64,000 bases of DNA, from the NCBI RefSeq assembly GCF_964355755.1, contig NC_092677.1:7586101-7650100 (forward strand), read 5' to 3'. Both the position numbers and the translations under genes were made by a program. The stretch's first letter is position 1, and every line of letters starts with the position of its first letter. This stretch comes from Antedon mediterranea. Its lineage: Eukaryota; Animalia; Echinodermata. Shown here piece after piece: positions 13,979 through 25,970 of this stretch. Under the pieces are notes generated by a model that ran no database searches, was not told the DNA's origin, and saw nothing but the letters and a program-made list of their open reading frames with translations.

Positions 13979-16900
13979 ATGGCGGCGACGAGCACGAGAT
14001 TACGGCTGCTGGCTGGAACTTTGCAATTTTCTGCTTCTAAGATTATGAATGTTAATGTTCTTGCCAAGCAAAGTCAACCTTTAATTTTAACACAGTCAAC
14101 CAGATATTTTAACAGGAGCTGTATTGCTTTTACAGGTAAAATATTAATGTTTATTTTTAGGCCTAGCCTAGGCTAGGTAGGCCTAGGCCTAGGCTAGTTT
14201 TTGAAGAGCGCACGGCGGTGACGCCCGAAATTAAGAAGCTGAGCCGCGAGGAGAGAACTTGTCACTTCCTGGCCTAACTAAACTCGGCCTAGGTAGGTTA
14301 AACAAAAGGCAGAGAGGTGTTAAGGAATATAATATCTAGGATAAATAGGCTTACTTAGGCTAGATTAGAATTTACGTGATTTATTAGGCGCTACTGCAGT
14401 TTCGCCGCCATTTAATTATTAATAATTTTCTTTTAGGCAATCACAATCTTTTATTTAAAAAAAAAATGTTAATATTTTTTTTTGCAGTTGAAATAGTGTA
14501 GGCTAGGCCTTACAAACAATAAACAAGGTGTGAAAATGCAGTGACTGAACCCCATTTTTTGTTTTCGATGTTTTGTTGTGCGCAATCCAATGTGAACGAT
14601 TTGCACAATTTTAAATGTGCAAGGAATTCCTTTTAAACTCAATTTGATTCAAATTGCACATGTATCAGTATTTTGCTTGGTTCCCACTAGGATGCAATTC
14701 GCTTATAATTACAACTTATGCCCTAGTAGTGGGAACTAAGCTTAAATTTGGTTAAGTTGCCAATGAAATGCCATACCGTTTTACTGTCGTTAATTGTTTT
14801 GCAGAAAGGAAGTATTCTAAAGAGCATGAATGGATCACATTAGAAGACAACATAGGGACTATTGGCATATCAGACTATGCTCAGGTGATGATCAAAATAC
14901 AATAGAATCCCCCAGGACACCTTCAGGACTAAAAAAATATGCACTCGCATCGGCTCAACCAATTAATTCCATTAATTTCCATATTGTTCCATGAATGTTA
15001 ATTATAAAAACAATTTTTTTTTGTTCAGGATGCATTAGGTGATCTAGTTTTTGTGGATTTACCAGAGGTTGGGACCAAATTTTTCAAAGGAGGTATGTTC
15101 AAATATGCTATGCTGTCTGTGTTCTAAAATTGTGATAAATTGGTTGGGGTGGAAAAATTATGTTACAGGTATTGGATTGTTGAGGATTCTTGGAAAGGTT
15201 CTTGCTCATGTGCTATGTCAGTGTGTGTTGGATTCATTCCATAAATAGTAACTGCATTTATTTTACTGCAATAATTATTTTACTTTGTTCAAATCAGGGA
15301 AGAGTTAACTAATTTAACTCTTCCCTGGTTAAAATGTAAAAGTTTATGAGGCAATAACTGCAACAAACATTTGTGTGATTATCCCAAAACAAGTTTGAAA
15401 AATAATTGTTTAAAAAGGTTAATCAAAATCTAACTAATGCAGCAGTAACTACTGCAGTAAAATAATTTTACGTTGGTTGTTACTTACTGATACAGTAACT
15501 ATTTTCAAAGCCTTTTGTGAAGAATTGTGTCCTCAAGTAGGGTTTACGATTTATGAGGTCATAAAAAATTTACTCTTTATCAGAGGTCATGTAATTTCAA
15601 TACATTTGTATAGTACCTACAGTATATTACCATAAAGATATTTTAGTCATGGGAACAATACATAATATCTCTATGTAATATGCCTACATGCCTTTAGCCT
15701 TTAGTTTGTAACAGGGTGTTCTTTTTTTCATGTCAAAAGGCTAGTTAGGTCTTACCAGGACTTTTGCTGCTGGTCTCTATTGTTTGAAAGGTCACTTCAG
15801 GAAAAAAGGCAGTTAGTTCAAACCCTTGAACCTTCCCTGATTAAATGCATACAGCTAAATAATAAACAAAATATATACTTATTAATATTTATTTATTAAC
15901 CTTTATTAACATATTTCTGACTTCCTAAAATGTTAGTCTAAAATGATGAGTCTAATTCCAAGTGGAAAGATTTCCAAATGAATTTTTGATAATTGCAATA
16001 AAAAGTTTGTTTTTTAATGTCAGTTATTTTTTTTCAATTTGTTATTCCTAAAAGAATTTTACTGTTTAATTTTCAGATGAATTTGGAGCCCTTGAGAGTG
16101 TAAAGGCAGCCAGTGATTTGTACATGCCAGTATCGGGAGAAGTAACAGAAACAAATTCTGGATTGGAAGACGAGCCCTCACTTATCAACAAACATCCATA
16201 TGACGAAGGTAATAAATGATAATAATAAAAATTGATTATATTCGCACACACACAAGGCACATACGGTACACAAAGAATATACGGTATAACGAATAAATAA
16301 AAGTTACACATTAGAGATTGTGACCTCTTGTTGACATGGTATGCTTTTGTCCAACAGTTGACCAACTATGGCTGTGAAGATACTGTTGCAATTACAGTAT
16401 ACAAGAAATGTAATAATATTTTAAATAAGCCACTCAGTTTAGTATTATATAATAATAATAATTTAGTGTTATTATTAAAGCTTCATTCACACTTGTTCTG
16501 TTGCATATAAAGAAAGATGGCGTTGTAATAGAATGTAATAACAATCAATGGAAAATCATATAAGAGTTCTATGAAGCAGAACATAGCTTTTAACTTAGCC
16601 TGCTGTTCAAGTAAAGAACAGTGCTAGACGACTCATTCCACATTGTGCCTTAAAAACTACTGTGTTTTTCACATACCAGGCAAAATTAAAAGTATTCTTA
16701 AATGTACTTTTGTTAAAAAGTCACATGGTCTATTAAATCTATAGCGAAAAAAAAGTTATTCTAGCCTTTTTTTTTATAATTATGTTTGATATATTATTTT
16801 TATTATTTAATGTTTTTGTTGAAAATGCCATTTTAATTTTTAATGTCACAGTTTTTCATAAAAATTTAAATAAAGCAAAACAAAGTTAAATTGGCTGGAA

Positions 16901-17190
16901 TTCAATGGGTTCTTGGTTGAATTCAACTCTTTGTTTTGTCTTTTTTAAGTGAAAACATTACTTCTTTTAAAGTTTTTATTCCACGGAAGTGATTAACTAA
17001 GTTATTAAAACTGTGAAAAAAATAAAAAAAGTCTTTTTTTTTTATTATAATGTTTATTTCTCTTCCAATTCATAATTTAAAAATTGCATTTACAGGTTGG
17101 ATATTGAAAGTTAAACTTGGCAACTTAGATGAGGTGGAGGAACTAATGACAGAGACAGAGTACAATGAATTTTTAAAGTCTGAAGAATAA
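13979..17190 (+). CDS. GCSH: glycine cleavage system H protein, mitochondrial
   Basis: Exons 13979-14135 (Arg/Ser-rich transit peptide), 14805-14884 ([10 protein letters not shown]...GISDYAQ), 15029-15092 ([15 protein letters not shown]), 16077-16208 ([18 protein letters not shown], lipoyl Lys), 17096-17190 (GWILKV...TAA); all GT-AG and in phase. Confidence 0.98.
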
Positions 17191-18439
17191 AACTCACTTA
17201 GCACCTGATTTATCAACAAATATATTAAGTTTCTAACAAAGCTTCAATAGTATAAAAGGAAGCTGTAATAAAATGAAAATTAACACTGTAAAATAAATTT
17301 AAAAACATCACATCTTTATATATCTCTAGTTTTTTGTTGGATGTTGTGTGTATGGTATGTTTTTTTTTGTAGCAAGATTTTGTGATTTTTGTTTTCAATT
17401 TAATAATAGTTGGTGCTGTGTGGATAAACTTAATTCATCTATTTAAAAAAATATGTTTTAATCTAAGGGTATAATGACTGCTAATCCACTAATTTTAAAT
17501 ACCAATTCTGTCAATTTCAATGATTAAACAATAGTATTTTGACCAATGTTGTCCAAGATGAATTTTTTCTTTTGCGGGTTAAAATACACTTATGTGATTC
17601 GCTGAATGAAGCACATGACTTACAAAAGTATCTAGTAGTACCGGTAATTGTTTTTGTTTAAATGTAGCACGACCATCGATTGTTTTACTTTTTTTTAAAT
17701 CACAGTTCAAGTATTGGTATGATACGCTATGTGTGTCAAAATATGTTTCGTTCTGCGAATATTAAGCTGAATCTAATACGTAGACTAGACATACCGTACC
17801 ACGGTTACGCGTACATTTTATTTGTGGCATACGGATATACAGTTTTTGTAAACATTTTAGCGTACATGTATTGAGAAGCTATTTAAAATGTGATTGTTTT
17901 TAGAGGTGTTGTGACACTATTTCAGAAACCAATGTACAAAAGTCGATTCAAACAAGGCCATATACATGGCTGCAGTCGCATGCTCAAGTTAGTGTTTACC
18001 GACCAACCGACCGATATAGTGAGCTGTAGAATCGTGTTGCATGTGACTAAATGAACAAAATGTTATTGAGTGTTTGAAAGACACGTTTAGTGGGTGACTG
18101 CAAGTTTTAGTGGGTGACTGCAAATTAACTAAATGGAAAATTCGCGAGCACATATATTGGCAATATAGAAAGACTACGAAAAAATGGAATACGAAACATG
18201 CGGGGAAACATGACTACACATTTTTAATAGAGAGCAAAATTATTATCAAGAGTTTTTATAGTGCTGCTCATCCACCAGCTTTTTGCTGATGAAAAAAACA
18301 TGAAAATTAGATGAGTCGCTGAAAATGATACAAACATTTTCAGAAATGTGAATAAGCTTTTGTTTTTATCCCAATAATATTGTATATATTATAATGTATG
18401 TCACTGTGTTATAACTTATCTTTCTTTTTGTGTGTATTT

Positions 18440-18720
18440 CACATATAAATGAGGTTGTCAAATAGGGAAATAACATGTAGGCAGATATCCAATCAAATTG
18501 TAAAAAGGGAAATGGATACTAAACATGTTGAGAATGAATTAGAATGGTTACACCAGAAGCAAGAGAAGTGTAGGAAAGCAAAAAGAAACCTGGAGAAGAA
18601 CTGTGGAAAACAAGTTCAGCTACAGGACATGGGCAGCCCAGAAAGGGAAGCATGGAAGACAGAAGTATAGGACAAGGCCCTATTGTCCCAGGGAAGAGAA
18701 CAAGGAATAAACAATAAAAT
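18440..18720 (+). mobile_element. RTE-type LINE 3' remnant
   Basis: Frameshifted translation includes KW..HVLRM and KETWRRTV, typical of the RTE ORF C-terminus. Confidence 0.55.
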
Positions 18721-19026
18721 AGTGAAGAAAAGGAAATGGATTGGAATGATACATCAAAAGTAGCACTGACATGCTTTTGTCGAGTTGAGTGGTTAAGGCA
18801 GGAGCTCTGCAAACCATAGCTATTACAAGGCATGCACTCCTCGACCATTGTTCAGTGTACACATCTGGCTCGTGTGCACTTTAAAGGAGTAGAAAGTTGT
18901 GGTACTGTCAGTGACTGTCGTCCACACGTGTGCTGCAAGTTGCAGGTATTCAAACTTTATTCTCATCCATTTCTGGAAATTCCATTGCTTGCATCTCGTG
19001 TGCACTTTAAAGGAGTAGAAAGTTGT

Positions 19027-21281
19027 CAGTCGGGCAGCAAAGTGGTTGACCTCGCGAATTATTACCAAATCAAAATTTGAATTGCCGCCATCTTGGAATC
19101 GCGATAAAGCAAGTAGTGCGGAATTACAAAATGCAGCAAAAAAAAATTTCAATAACATTTAAATAGCATATTCATACAATTAAATTTATATTAATAAAAT
19201 TCAACTAAGGATTTTACGAAAGATAGGCTACTTAAGAAATACTGCCGAGATCGGTTCCCCCACACGGCGTAGGGTACCGCAGTGCTAAGGGGCCTAGGTA
19301 GGAAAAAATCTGATTTTACCTGTTAAACATGCTTGAACCAAGGCCATTTTAATATATATTATCCAGATTATATATCAAAACAAACTGATAAAAGGATTTG
19401 TTGATTTGCTTCTGATGAGAAAAGTGCCGGATTCATTTCGCTGACGGCGAATGAATACACGAATTTTCGCCATTTTCTAGCACTAGCCTTGGGTACCCAG
19501 ACAGCTGATAACGATTATATTCGATTGTCCAGACGTCTCTGCTACTGGTGCTCAATACTACAGTATGTATTACCATGGACCTATAGGTCCATGGTATTAC
19601 TGTACATATAGTACTGTATGTTTAGTTTTTGCTTTCTTTATGGCAAAATAAATATTTAATTTTTATTATTGCTTATTTTGCTTTAACTTTATCCAAGAAG
19701 AAGTAAATATTATTATTATTTGGTTACTAAATAACTAAATAATTAATAGTATAACATCATAACTAACAAACAAACAAATTAACAAGTTAATAAATTAACC
19801 ACCATTAAATAATTTTATTTACAAAAAAGTATTTTACATACAGTATAACATGTAATATCTTATTTACATCGAAGTAAAATATGCCTATCAAACTATCTTG
19901 CTCAGGCTAAAATATCAAGTTATATGTCAATATTTGAGTTTAATCATCGCGATAATAAAAATTTTTATTTTTTTTTTATTTTTAAAGACATCTGTTACGT
20001 ACATCAATTTACAAATATCAAAATAGGATTGTTTTTGCAGCACAAGATGAATCACAAGTCGGATAGTTTATTCTTAGAAACCTGAAAGAAAAAAAAAACA
20101 CCAATAATGAGCTATTCATAGTTAAATAATTTTAATGTCGACTTTAGTCATCCTAAATTTTGTCGCCATGATCACTACTATACACAATACTGTATATATA
20201 AATATCATATGTACGACCATCCAAATTACCTCATTCCTACCTACATACAGTCCTTCCTAGCCTAGGCTACATTATTGTCATATATTTACAAACCTCCAAC
20301 AGCCACAACGTATTTTCTTTTCTTTGGCAAAGAATTTCCCGTAATATAGTCCTAAATTAAACTAGGCCTTTCTTTAAATATCCGACGATATATATCCATA
20401 ATCCAGTGGATATAGATTCAACATTTTAAACATAATAATAATATGGCTTCACATTGATTATAATAAGTCGGCGATATGCCACTAAAAACTAGCCTGCGGC
20501 CCTCTCTATCCGCCTACAAATAGCACTGGGTTTCCGTCAAATGGGCTAGGCCTAGCCTAGGCCTAGATAATACTACAAGTTGGGTACATTTTTTTACAAC
20601 CAAATAATCTACAATTATATTGCAATATTTACCAAACTAGCACCAAATCCAAAATAATAAAGCTACTAATAACATATTTTGGTATATTAATTGGTTTAAA
20701 AACGGATTGCACATAGTGATTTTGAAGGATTGAAATTACTCAACCACACGGCCTGTACTAAACATACGAATCCAAGATGGAGTCTGCTTAGAATATATCC
20801 CCAGCTTTGAACGGATATTGAATCCGTCCCACAAGCTGAACCAAGCTTAAACTTTCAGAAAAGATAGATTAATAACCTAATAACCAACCACTAAGTTTTT
20901 ATAAAGGTTCCGTGCTGATGAGAAAAGTGCCGGATTCCCTACGAAACCAAACAAATAAATCATGTAGCCTACCTCAACGAACACCTCCATCTGCACTTTT
21001 TTCTTCAATAAGCTCTGTCGTCATTTCCTGGGCTATTTATACCAAAATTTTGTGGCGGGAATAATCTTCCATATTAGGAGTAACAATTTCCAAATATAGA
21101 AAGATATAATTTAACCTGGATGGTGGAAATTGCAGCAGATTTGTAAGGGTATTCCCATGCAAAATGCTTGCCGCGAAGTGAAAAGCGAACCGGAAGTCAC
21201 TATAACTTGGCGATGCTCAGTGACCTGCGCAGTTAAAAAACAGCGTTTTAACGGTTAAATGAGCACTTTGCTGCTCGACTG
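19027..21281. mobile_element. non-autonomous TIR DNA transposon, 4-bp TSD
   Basis: TIR CAGTCG(G/A)GCAGCAAAGTG at both ends; TTGT duplicated at 19023-19026 and 21282-21285; splits the second copy of a ~127-bp tandem duplication. Confidence 0.85.
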
Positions 21282-21894
21282 TTGTGGTACTGTAAGTGAC
21301 TGTCGTCCACACCTGTGCTGCAAGTTGCAGGTATTCAAAGATTCAAACTTTATTCTCATCCATTTCTGGAAATTCCATTGCTTGCATTAAAAATTACAGA
21401 ACAACAATTGAAATTACATTACAATAAAACATATTTGATATATTCCCCCATTTACTATTTTATTCTTTATGATGTCCAGTATATTGTTTTTTTATCTATA
21501 CTTTTTAACTGTATTTATATTGTATTCAAGGCGTTCCCACTTCTGTGATGGGCCACAGGCTTCATGGCAAATGTTTACTTCAGCAAATAAATGTGTCGCA
21601 TGATGGGAAGTGAAGAGTCGGAAGAACTGTGGAAAAGAGAAAAGAAGCAAAACAAGTTGGTTGCACAACTGTACATGGGTAGAATACTAGTCACTATTCT
21701 CCATTCCGTAAGTACAGGCTTACTCCTTTTCATACAAACAGCAAAAGTATTTGGCATGCTTTATGGCACTATTCTTCAATGGGAACATTTGTAATGCAAG
21801 TTATAGAAAAAAACAAAAGCACAACATTTCTTTTTTTTTTATTAACATCAGAATTCCTTAATTAAATTACAAGTTGTGTCTTTGAATACCCCAA

Positions 21895-21957
21895 GACTGT
21901 ACATCGGTCTAACAGCATCAATTGGTATTGAGTTAACTAGAAAACGTCATTTGCAAA
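21895..21957 (-). promoter_or_regulatory. SECIS element (type II) in MsrA 3' UTR
   Basis: Minus strand ATGA-CGTTTTCTAGTT-AA-C-TCAAT-ACCA-ATTGA-TGCTGTTAGAC-CGAT: AUGA/GA quartet, AA 12 nt after AUGA, apical mini-stem; AATAAA follows at 21843-21838. Confidence 0.85.
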
Positions 21958-22340
21958 GGATATACAAAGAAAAACAACCAGTAATTTAACATAGAAAATT
22001 CAACATAATTCAATTTTTATATTAAAATATATTAAATTATAGATCACTGCACATAACCCTTTATACCGTATTACAGTATTGAAATCAAGGAACGTAAAGT
22101 ATTTATTATCGTGCTGCATAGATTCACCAGTTATTTCTGTTGATAAAGAAGTGATTCAATTCATGATTATTTTTTTTCTATGCAAGATAAATAAGAGGAA
22201 AAACACCTTTCAAGCCAAATGCATAATATAAGCACAAAATATAATTTTTTGTTGTTACTATAAATAATAACCCGTATGTGGTTTTGAGCTTCGTGTAAAA
22301 TCTTTTAGTACAAATAATCAAAATATAATCATGGTGCTTC

Positions 22341-22520
22341 ATAATTATTGCCAAATTCAATCTATCTACAATAATTAAATTTCAACTGAGCTCGGAAAAT
22401 TCATCAAATAAATTTTGTATGATTGTTATTATATCATTTACTTGATGAATTTTCCAAGAAGCTCAGTTGAAATTTAATTATTTTAGATTAAAAAGTAAAA
22501 TGAATTGGGCAATAATTATA
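22341..22520. repeat. long imperfect inverted repeat (MITE-like) in MsrA 3' UTR
   Basis: AATAATTAAATTTCAACTGAGCT..GGAAAATTCATCAA / TTGATGAATTTTCC..AGCTCAGTTGAAATTTAATTATT plus outer ATAATTATTGCC/GGCAATAATTAT arms. Confidence 0.75.
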
Positions 22521-22859
22521 GACACAGCAAACATATTTTGTGGACTGACTATTCAATCACAGCATGTACCAATATTTGAGGCAAGCTAGCAACAGGTTAG
22601 GTTGTGTTAATACAGGGAAGTGCTTCCTTGTTCTATTTCTTAACACAGATTTTATGGTTTTACAACGACCAATGAAATTGGAAATCAAAAGCTCCCCAAC
22701 ATTAAAATAGAATCATAGCATGTTTTCTACCATTGATATGGAATGTGCGTTTTATTTTCCTTATAGTAAAAATAGATATGAACTAAAACATTATTGGTAA
22801 TTATTTCAATATGATATTAATTTTAAGTTCCCTTAAGAACACGATTATTAGTGCATAAT

Positions 22860-25800
22860 TTAGTTCATTGAGCCATAGCCAAGGAGCTTGCGAACATAGG
22901 CAACTTGATCTTCACTGAGACCTAGTGCCTCGCGTTCTGCCTCAAATGTGGCCTTTGAACCATGACCTCCAGCGTATCCATTCAGGCGTGCAGCAACATG
23001 TGTTGTGATGACCTCTTTTGGTGTCAGATTAAGACTGCTAAGCAGATCGCGCTTCTGACGGAGAAGATATTTCTGATGGTAACTGTAGAAAATAAAATGA
23101 TTTTACTTTTTATAGTTATATATAGAAAAAAAATATGCAAAATTAAAATGCTTTGATCTCTTGGTCATTTGTGCTCTGGAGACCCCTAATTCTTCACCAT
23201 GAGAACATAAACAAAATTGTTTCACAAATAATGTACTAAATTGAATTCATAATGACCTCTTTGTGACCTAATTTCCATTTTGAGTTAGTGCTATTATTAT
23301 AATATGCATTTTTCACTCAATCTCTTGTGAATTCTGTTCAAGGAGCTCTCATATGGATAAATTGATCCTCTGCATCATCTTTTTTGGTTATCTTGGGATA
23401 TGTTTATGGATGTTTTTTTGTGTGTACTGTAAATCGCTTATAAACAAAAAGGCGCTATAAAACACAATTATTATATTCTGTATATACTGTAGATGGGGCA
23501 AGTACTTACTCTTCTGCATCATAGAATGTCAGTGCTGGAGTGATTTTAGTTTGAATTTTCCTCTTCAGTGTCTTCTGATGTTCATCTCTAGTTTTCTCAG
23601 CCAATTCTTTCTGCTTCTCTGAATGGTAGAAAATGGCCGACATGTACTGGCGATTCAAACAAGCTGTGCTGTCATGGTTATTCCAGAATAATCCTAAAAG
23701 TGTCTCATAATCAGTAGTTTTAGGGTCAAAATCTAAATCCACTGTTTCTGTGTGATCACCACTATAATAAAAAAATAAAATCCCACAAAACATAGTTATT
23801 ATTTGTGAATAAAAATTGAATTGCCTTGGAAAAACAGTGCAAGCATGTTTGTAACCAATGGTGTCCTTTATTTTTATGAATATCTTAAAGATAATTAAAA
23901 AAAAAATTATTTGAAATCCCAGAAGATGTGTATGTTTCTTCAAAGAAAGAAAGCTACGAAAGCTGCAAACTAAATGTTCAAATTGACGCAGCTTACAATT
24001 GTCAGTTTTCAAAAAATGCATTATGTGTGTATTTATTTATGATCCCTTATGAGGTCTTTTTTTCGGGATAATCTGTAAAATCAATTGTAATTGATGACCA
24101 GCGTGTTACTTACAGAGAATGATACGTGGGGAATTTCTTCTTCCCACCAGTGTATCCAACCCTGGTGCGGATAACCCCTGGGGCGCAACCAAACTGCGCC
24201 TCAGGGAACCAAAATCAGCTAAGTGCAAAAGTTGCATGTTCTACCTCAACCTCCGGATCCTTAAATGGCATTCTTGATCCTTTTACCTAAAAATAAAAAA
24301 GAACTTTCAATCATTCAGTTACTCTATTAAACACATTAATTCTTTGATCAACACCACATTTTTTTCCCTAGCACTATAGTATATTGTAAGATACCACACT
24401 TTTTGAAATACACTGTGTGTTAAAGTAAGTAGAAAATTCTATTATTAAACACTTCCAGGACCAAACAAACGGTTTGGCCATTGTATTGTTGATTTTCCCC
24501 TGTTTCACAAAAAAGTATAACACTCAATAGAAGGGTGACTGTCCACTGTGTAGGGTGTCCCAAAAGAGAGGTTCTTGTGCTTGTAATTGTAAAATTTGCC
24601 TAACAAAACTCGAAGGGAATACCTTTATAAATAAATAGGTTTGGATTACTTGACTCCAAATTTGAACTGTTCTGAAAAGGTGAGATTACCTAATAACCCC
24701 TTTTGAGATTACAGTATAAATAGTATGACTTGCAATTTCAGACAGGGTAATAAGGAAATGAATTGTGAATTGACACTTCTTTTCATGTTGTAATTTCCAA
24801 CAATTGATGATGTCATTACAATTACAAGATTTGCTGAACAATGGTTTAACAAATAAAAGGTCCGGTATACAAGGTTATAACTTATTCAAATGAAGTAATA
24901 ATTAAAATCGTTTGTAACAATGAATACTGTAGTACAGTTGGCCTTTGTTCATGCAGTTTTTTATGGGTGACTCTTGCTCTGTATAAAGAACAATTAGATT
25001 GCCTGTATTCCTCTAATAATAAAGACATGTTAATTATATTTGACAATGGACATTGTATCATTTTATTGTTTAGAAAGTGGCAATACTGTACTTAGGTATG
25101 TTAATGAGAATCTGAATTAAGAATTGGTCTTTTTTGGTATTCACAGCATAGCAAAATGTTTTATTTCTTTTATGTGGTCTTGTTGTTTGTGTAGTGCTCC
25201 TCTGAATTTATTATTTGAAAACTTGTCACAATTTATGTATATTTGCCTTAATTAATAAGAAAGTACTGAAAATGATCTCGAAAATAGGCCTACCTAGGCC
25301 TAGTATAAGTATAAGTTTAGGTACTTGAGGCTCGGTGGCACAAAGTGAAAGGAATTTAAACTTTCTATTATCACCATCCATAATAAATAAATATGAAACT
25401 TAATTGCTCTAATTTATTATTATTATAATTAATACCTGTATTAATACTTATTACACTGTCACTGTATTAGGCTTTTATTTAGTTTATATTATACAGTCTA
25501 CTACTACTAGTAGGGCCTAGAGGCTAGACTACGGCTAACTAAAATGATCATATTATAACTAACCTATATCATAATAAAAAAATGATTTTCTAATAATAAT
25601 AATGGGTCAGATTGTTCATAAACCGATATTCACGTTATCAACGGGACTGATTTCCCGTTCCCGATTTTCCTAGCTAGCCTATCATGACACTGATTCGTAG
25701 GCCTAGCCTAGCCTAGCTTCTACCTAATGGAAGTTTACACAACAGAAGAGAATAAAAAGTGTTTGTCTCACTTTAGAAGATGAATCTCCCATTTATCAAA

Positions 25801-25911
25801 AAACACAAATTTTCCTTCTCACCGTACCTTCTTCTGTGCTTGAAACCAAGAACTAAATGCAAATTTAGTAGTCGTAGTGGTGGAGCGAAATCGGATTAAC
25901 AACAACGCCAT
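22860..25911 (-). CDS. MSRA: peptide methionine sulfoxide reductase A, selenocysteine-containing
   Basis: Exons 25911-25828 (or alternative 25792-25772), 24286-24114 (ATFALS-TGA-FWFPEAQFG...RTRVGYTGG...PTY), 23761-23510 (GDHTETV...FW..HD...RQYMSAIFYH...FYDAE), 23082-22860 (DYHQKYLL...AARLNGY, TAA). TGA at 24217-24215 occupies the catalytic Cys position of GCFW. Confidence 0.95.
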
Positions 25912-25921
25912 GAAAAATTAA

Positions 25922-25970
25922 GTGACGTAATCATTATAAAGCAATCACAACCCGTGATTGGCCCGTTGGC
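25922..25970 (-). promoter_or_regulatory. putative MsrA proximal promoter
   Basis: CCAAT box (plus-strand ATTGG ~25957-25961), TATA-like TTTATAAT and CRE-like TTACGTCA just upstream of the first ATG. Confidence 0.35.

Noticed and set aside
19412-20950. CTGATGA motifs as hammerhead ribozymes
   Set aside because: No properly closed stem II with GAAA and no compatible stems I/III.
21520-21570. Second SECIS candidate (minus-strand ATGAAGCC...TGAA)
   Set aside because: Helix II does not pair, there is no AA at 11-12 nt, and it lies beyond the polyA signal.
23762-24021. N-terminal part of the 171-aa ORF 23506-24021
   Set aside because: Intronic read-through; MsrA similarity starts at the acceptor at 23761.
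24215-24217. MsrA as a pseudogene with a premature stop
   Set aside because: The TGA is exactly at the catalytic Cys position, the rest of the gene is intact and a SECIS is present.
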